This document shows positions 46,471-51,557 of a DNA stretch of 51,557 nucleotides, in pieces (the stretch's first letter is position 1; the number at the start of each line of letters is the position of its first letter). The stretch comes from Octopus bimaculoides. Taxonomy: Eukaryota. The position numbers and the translations under genes were made by a program. The notes beneath the pieces are model-generated. The model did not search any database and was not told where the DNA came from. It was given only the letters and a program-made list of their open reading frames with translations. The stretch covers positions 30,567,461 to 30,619,017 of the forward strand of contig NC_069005.1 in the NCBI RefSeq assembly GCF_001194135.2, in the 5' to 3' direction.

Positions 46471-46560
46471 GGAAAAGACAATGGAAATGGTGCTGCCCAA
46501 AATACAAAATCCATGGAAGAGACTATGCCTGGAAATGGTATAATGTTAAGAAATGTTGAG
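46471..46560 (+). CDS. KIF20: Exon L8 (GKDNGNGAAQ...MLRNVE)
   Basis: 90 nt; phase 0 to 0; gtgagc donor. Confidence 0.72.
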
Positions 46561-46864
46561 GTGAGCAGGTTTATATTTCTTCTTTCAGGTTGAACATAAA
46601 TGCATGGTATCTTGAGCAAGTCTCTTCTACTATATTTCCAGGCTGATCAAAGCCCTGTGAGTGGATTTGGTGGATAGAAACTGAAAGAAGCCCACAATGT
46701 GTGTGTGTGTGTGTGTGTATGAGATCATCATCATTGTCATTTAATGTCCATGTTTCATACTGGCAAGGGTTGGATGGTTTCAAAAGATTTGATGTGTCCA
46801 TCAAGATCCAGTATCTGCTTTGGCATGGTTTTTATGGTTGAATGCCCTTCCTAACACCACTGTA

Positions 46865-46922
<58 letters not shown>

Positions 46923-47774
46923 ATGGTTAAGTAGTGACTGTATGAATCAGATAAATGAGTTAAGAACAATATTATTTGCTTGCTGAGATGGCCATTTGGC
47001 ACTCTGTCGGTCACGATGAATGTTCCAGTTGATCCAATCAGCAGAACAACCTGCTTTTGAAGATAACATGCAAGTGGCTGAGCACTCCACAGACAAGTGT
47101 ACCCTTAATGTAGTTCTGAGGGAGATTCAGCATGACACAGAGGGTGACAAGGCTGGCCCCTTTGAAATACAGGTACTACTCATTTTTTGCCAGCTGAGTG
47201 GACTGGAGCAATGTGAAATAAAGTGTCTTGCTCAAGGACACAACACATCACCAGGTATTGAACTCACAACCTTTCGATCATTAGCTGAATACTCTAACCT
47301 TGTGGAATTTTTTCTGGTTCCTCCCATTTTAAGTTCAAATCCTGCTGAAGCCAACTTTGCCTTTCACCCACTCTGTGTTAATAAAACAAAGTACTGAGGG
47401 ACTATGTACCATCTATCAAAAGTTGCTGGCCTTGTAATTAAATTAGAAACAATTAACTCTAATTACCAAACTCACCATCATCATCATCGTGATATAACAT
47501 CCGTTTTCCATGCTCACAAAGGTTGGATGGTTTGACCGGAGCTAGGAAGGCCAGGGGCTGCACCTGGCTCCATTATCTGTTCTGACATGGTTTCTACAGC
47601 TGGACACCCTTCCCTAATGCCAAACATTCCACAGAGTGTACTGGGTACCTTTTTATGGGGCATCAGCACCAATGTTTTTAATGTGACAAAAGCAGGAGTA
47701 CTTTTTATCTGGCACCAGCCTTCAAAATAATTAATTAGAATTTTTTTTTTCTTTTTGCCCTCTTCTTTTCACAG

Positions 47775-48053
47775 CAATGGCGCAAACAGAAAGCTCATGT
47801 GGTAAACAGCATAAAGAAAGGTAATATAGAAAAAGTAGCTACAACTCTAGCATCCAATTCTCTAGCATCCAAGACATCACATTCGGTTCATAAACACAAC
47901 AGCCCTGCACCAAACTCTGCAGTCACATCACGTCTTTGCAACAATGTCACTAGTTCTCTGCATAGATCACCTTCTACCTGCCGTACCCAGCGTCTGTGTA
48001 ACATGAAGCAAAATACTAATGCTGGCACCAGCAGCCTTGTTCCATTGAAGAAA
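47775..48053 (+). CDS. KIF20: Exon L9 (QWRKQKAHVVNSIKK...LVPLKK)
   Basis: 279 nt; phase 0 to 0; tttcacag acceptor, gtaagt donor. Confidence 0.78.
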
Positions 48054-49369
48054 GTAAGTCAGTTCCGGTTCTTATTTCATCTAATATATCTGTGTATCAG
48101 TGTGTCACATTTTTTCAACTTTACTCCTAGAGGCCGTAACCCTACATATACCATTTTGGAATCAGGCCGACTCCATAAGTAAATTAAAAACATTCTGGGC
48201 CGAATCCAGACCTGCAATCCTCAAATTTTGGATTCCCAAGTTTTTGTTATTGCGATTGTTTCCAGTAATTTTTTTTACATGATTTTTTTTGCAACGAATT
48301 TTTCTGTACAATAACAATTTTCATAACTTGAAAATTAAATTTGGGAATAATTGAAATTAATTGCAATATCAATGATTATTTTCGGCAGTATTTTTACGTG
48401 ATTTTTTGCGACAAATACGATCATCTTTGGGATATGACTCAGGAGAAAGCGATTGCAAGAAATTCTCTGTTTGGGATCTTCCTATTCGGGGCCAGTAGCT
48501 TAAATGCTATACACTGGCTTAAAATATAAAATATACATTAGCAAAAAAGGAGGTGATTTAAGGGACTATCTGCTGCCCATTAAAAATTGCTGGTCTTGTA
48601 ATTAAATTAGAAGCAGTTAATTCTAATTGCCAAACTCATCAGCCTTCAAAATCATTTAATGTTTTGTAAGACATTAATACTGTTGAGCCCCCAAAGTGCT
48701 GCACAGTGGGATTGAACCTAGAACTACATGATTGTTAAGCAAACTTCTGAACCATGCAGCCACAGCCATGCATCCATATCCACCATGGGGCTCTGTTCAT
48801 TTTGTTTTCATTTTTAAATCATCATCAAAATATTCCTGTGACAAGCATGCAACATGTCATCGCTGTCAAATAATATTATTTATTTATTTTAAAAGTGAGT
48901 CGGGAGAATGAGGAAGGGACGAAGTGGGGGCAGTGTCCTTGATCTTTAAAGAAAGCCCTAACCCTCACCTTCCTCTCTCCCTGGTTGCTGAACATTCATT
49001 TGGTTAACGTCCATTCTGAACAGGTAACGTGTGTAGGTGATAGCAGAACAGCTGTTGGGACTGAACTCGAAACCATGTGGCTAGGAAGCAAACTTCTTAA
49101 CCACAGAGCCATACCTGCCAAAATAATGCTATGGAATTTCTGGTATAGTCACAGCCATAGCTGTGTGGTTAAGAAGCTTGCTTTCCAACCCTATGGTCTT
49201 CAGTTCAATCCTAGTGTGTGGCACTTTGGGTGTTTTCTACTTTAGCCTGAGCGAATTTGGTTGACAGAAACTGAAAGAAGCCTGTCATTGTGTGTGTGCT
49301 TATGATTATGTTGTGTTTGTTCCCTATCACAGTTTTATAACCAGTGTTAGTTTGTTTACATTCCCATAA

Positions 49370-49800
49370 TTTGGAGATATATATATATATATATAGATAG
49401 ATAGATAGATTTTGTATATGTGTGTGTAAAAGAGAGCTATTTGTATGAAAGTTTGTGTGCATAAGGAAAAGAGTGTGTGTGTATGCATGTTGAGAGAGAG
49501 AGTATGTTTGTGTGAGTGTGTGTATGTGTGTGTGAGAGAGAGAGAGAGAGATAGTGTGTGTGAGAGAGGGGGAAAAGAAAGGCAGAGAGAAAGAAATATA
49601 GATACTGCATGTTTAAAAGAGGGCATATATATGAGTATGTGACAGTGTGTGTGTATGTGTGTGCTTATGCATGTGTGAAAGGGAGAGAGAGAGAGAGAGA
49701 GAGAGAGTGTAAGAGAGAGATATATAGACAATACATATGTAAAAGAAAGAGAGAAAGGGTGTTTGTGTGTTTGTGTGTGTGTGTGTGAGTAAGAAAGCAA
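49370..49800. repeat. Compound (TA)/(AGAT)/(GT)/(GA) microsatellite field
   Basis: Direct reading; the source of spurious ORFs at 49211-49830. Confidence 0.85.
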
Positions 49801-50433
49801 ATGCCTAGAAATTACATCGATGGTCACCAACGGTTATAACGATCGTTTGTGCAATAAGTAATCAAAATATTGTTTTGATGTGAATATGAGATGAAAGCAA
49901 TCTCAAGTTAGAAACTTTGTCAATAAAATAAGCAGACGACACAGCTTTGTTACAAACATGCAGGGAACAGCATCTGGTTAAGTTTAAGCATTCATTATAG
50001 ATTTTAGATGGCTTTATCAAGAGTAAGTGCTATAAAAACGACTCTGTTGCAGGGTTGTACAATCTGGTGGTGGTGGTGGTGGTTTTGGTATTGATGGTGG
50101 TGGTGGTGGTGGTGGTGGTGATAATGGCAGGGTATGTAAAAGCAGATTAACTGCAGAGTTAATCCCAAGGTACTGCTGGTACCTATTTACAGCTGGGTTT
50201 GCACATCATAAACGAATTTCATTCCCGCTCAAATGCTGCCCCTTTCACAAACACATCATCTTCTTATCTTCCCTCTTACATTCATATCCTCTTGTCCGCA
50301 AACTCTCATTCAAGCATCCACAATGTCTTTCTCCACTCTTTTATACAATGTCTGCCCTATCTGTGCATGGAAAGTGGACGTTAAACGACGATGATGATGA
50401 TTATTTTATTTATTTTTTTTTTTTTTGTAGCAG

Positions 50434-50625
50434 GTGATTGTTTCCAGTGAACCAAGTAAAACTCCACAAGTTGAGGGACTCCCTAAATCTGCCGAATCAC
50501 CACCAATGTCACCAGGAGTACCAACAGGCCGAGAGAACTACAGAGAAATTGATGTGACCCCACCAGTAGCTATCAGAGCTTTGAGAAGGAATCGCAAGCG
50601 AAAGCCACTGGAGACCTCCCCTCAG
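50434..50625 (+). CDS. KIF20: Exon L10 (VIVSSEPSKTP...EIDVTPP...RRNRKRKPLETSPQ); the gene continues beyond the window
   Basis: Poly-T tract plus tagcag NAGNAG acceptor (start 50431 or 50434); CAG|gtaaat donor in phase 0; no stop reached. Confidence 0.78.
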
Positions 50626-50759
50626 GTAAATTTCAGACAATCTATGGGTAATTATTACAAAGGTAAGTGGTCCCTGGGTTTCAAGCAGTTGTAACTCTGC
50701 TTTGATTTGAAACAGCTGCTTCATAACTACTGTTATTTAATTGTTGTGAGAAGCTATTT

Positions 50760-51557
50760 CAATTATCTATTCTTTTTACGATTTATAACTCCTGTTTCTC
50801 AGCCACGAATTTGTCTACATATTTTTTCCATCCAAATGATTTTGAAGATTGTGAAATAAATGATAATCAGATGGGGCAATGTCCGGCGAATATGGTGGCT
50901 GGAGCATCGTTTCCCATTCAAACTGCTCCAGCCTTTGGAATGTCATCCTCACTGTATGTGGCCGAGCATTATCCTGATGGAAGAACACCTTTCGTCTTGA
51001 AGCCAAAGCTGGCCATTTTCCTTCCAGCGCTGACTTAAGCCACTCAAGCTGCTCATTGTATATCTCCTCTGTTACTATTTGGTTTGGATTTAAAAGTTCA
51101 AAGTGGACTAAACCTTTCATATCCCACCAAACAACACCTCTTGTAGGTGAAAACTTTCTTTAGTCTGGGGTGCCTTTCTCTACCCACTGTCTTTGGCACT
51201 TGAGATTTTTATAGAGAAAACATTTCTCATCACCAGTCACTCTTCAGTCCCAAAAAGGTTCGTTCATGAGACATGACCGCAAAGAAGAGCTCGCATTCAC
51301 TCTCTGCGCGTGATTAGACTAAGAAAGTTTGTGAAGAACCCATTGACCCAATTTACTGACTTTTCCGATGCACACAGGTGTCGGTGAATGGTTGAACGAC
51401 CAAATCCAAGATTCTCTGCTAGTTCTTCAATAGTTACACTCGGATTTTGTTCCACCGGGGTTTGCAGGACATCCTTATCGAGCTCTACAGATCTTCCAGG
51501 ATGTAGCTCATCTCCTAGGCTGTAGTTTTTGGCTCTGAATTTCTGGAACCACCGTTG
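50760..51557 (-). mobile_element. Decayed mariner (Tc1/mariner, D,D34D) transposase, truncated by the window end
   Basis: ORF 50815..51120 has HQDNARPH and PYSPDIAPSDYHLF, with 34 residues between the 2nd and 3rd Asp. Upstream are QRWFQKFR (HTH region), GQWVLHKL (WVPHEL-like) and VTGDEK, interrupted by a frameshift and in-frame stops. Confidence 0.93.

Overview
AT-rich, intron-rich animal genomic DNA with nine N-gaps, many SINE-like repeats and many microsatellites. The repeat landscape resembles an octopus/cephalopod genome, but that is my recollection and is not verified. Two genes sit head-to-head about 1.5 kb apart. (1) PSMC2/Rpt1 (26S proteasome AAA-ATPase) is complete on the minus strand: 12 coding exons, 13353->2878, 434 aa, with all splice phases consistent. 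(2) A kinesin-6 (KIF20A/B-like) gene on the plus strand starts at ATG 19161. Its 16 exons give a ~954-aa protein ending at 32575. An internal phase-1 donor at 32084/32085 matches a phase-1 acceptor at 37660, which opens ten more coiled-coil/low-complexity exons running past the window end, a possible >2400-aa KIF20B-like isoform. A decayed mariner (D,D34D) element fills the right end. The most unusual signal is a repeat family that joins a tRNA-like Pol III head to a minimal type-I hammerhead ribozyme motif with a palindromic AACGUU helix III, the dimer-cleaving form associated with Penelope-like elements. Five copies carry the motif. Two loci are head-to-head inverted duplications, and one copy has a 10-bp target-site duplication. 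Exons and coordinates were derived by hand; no database searches were run.
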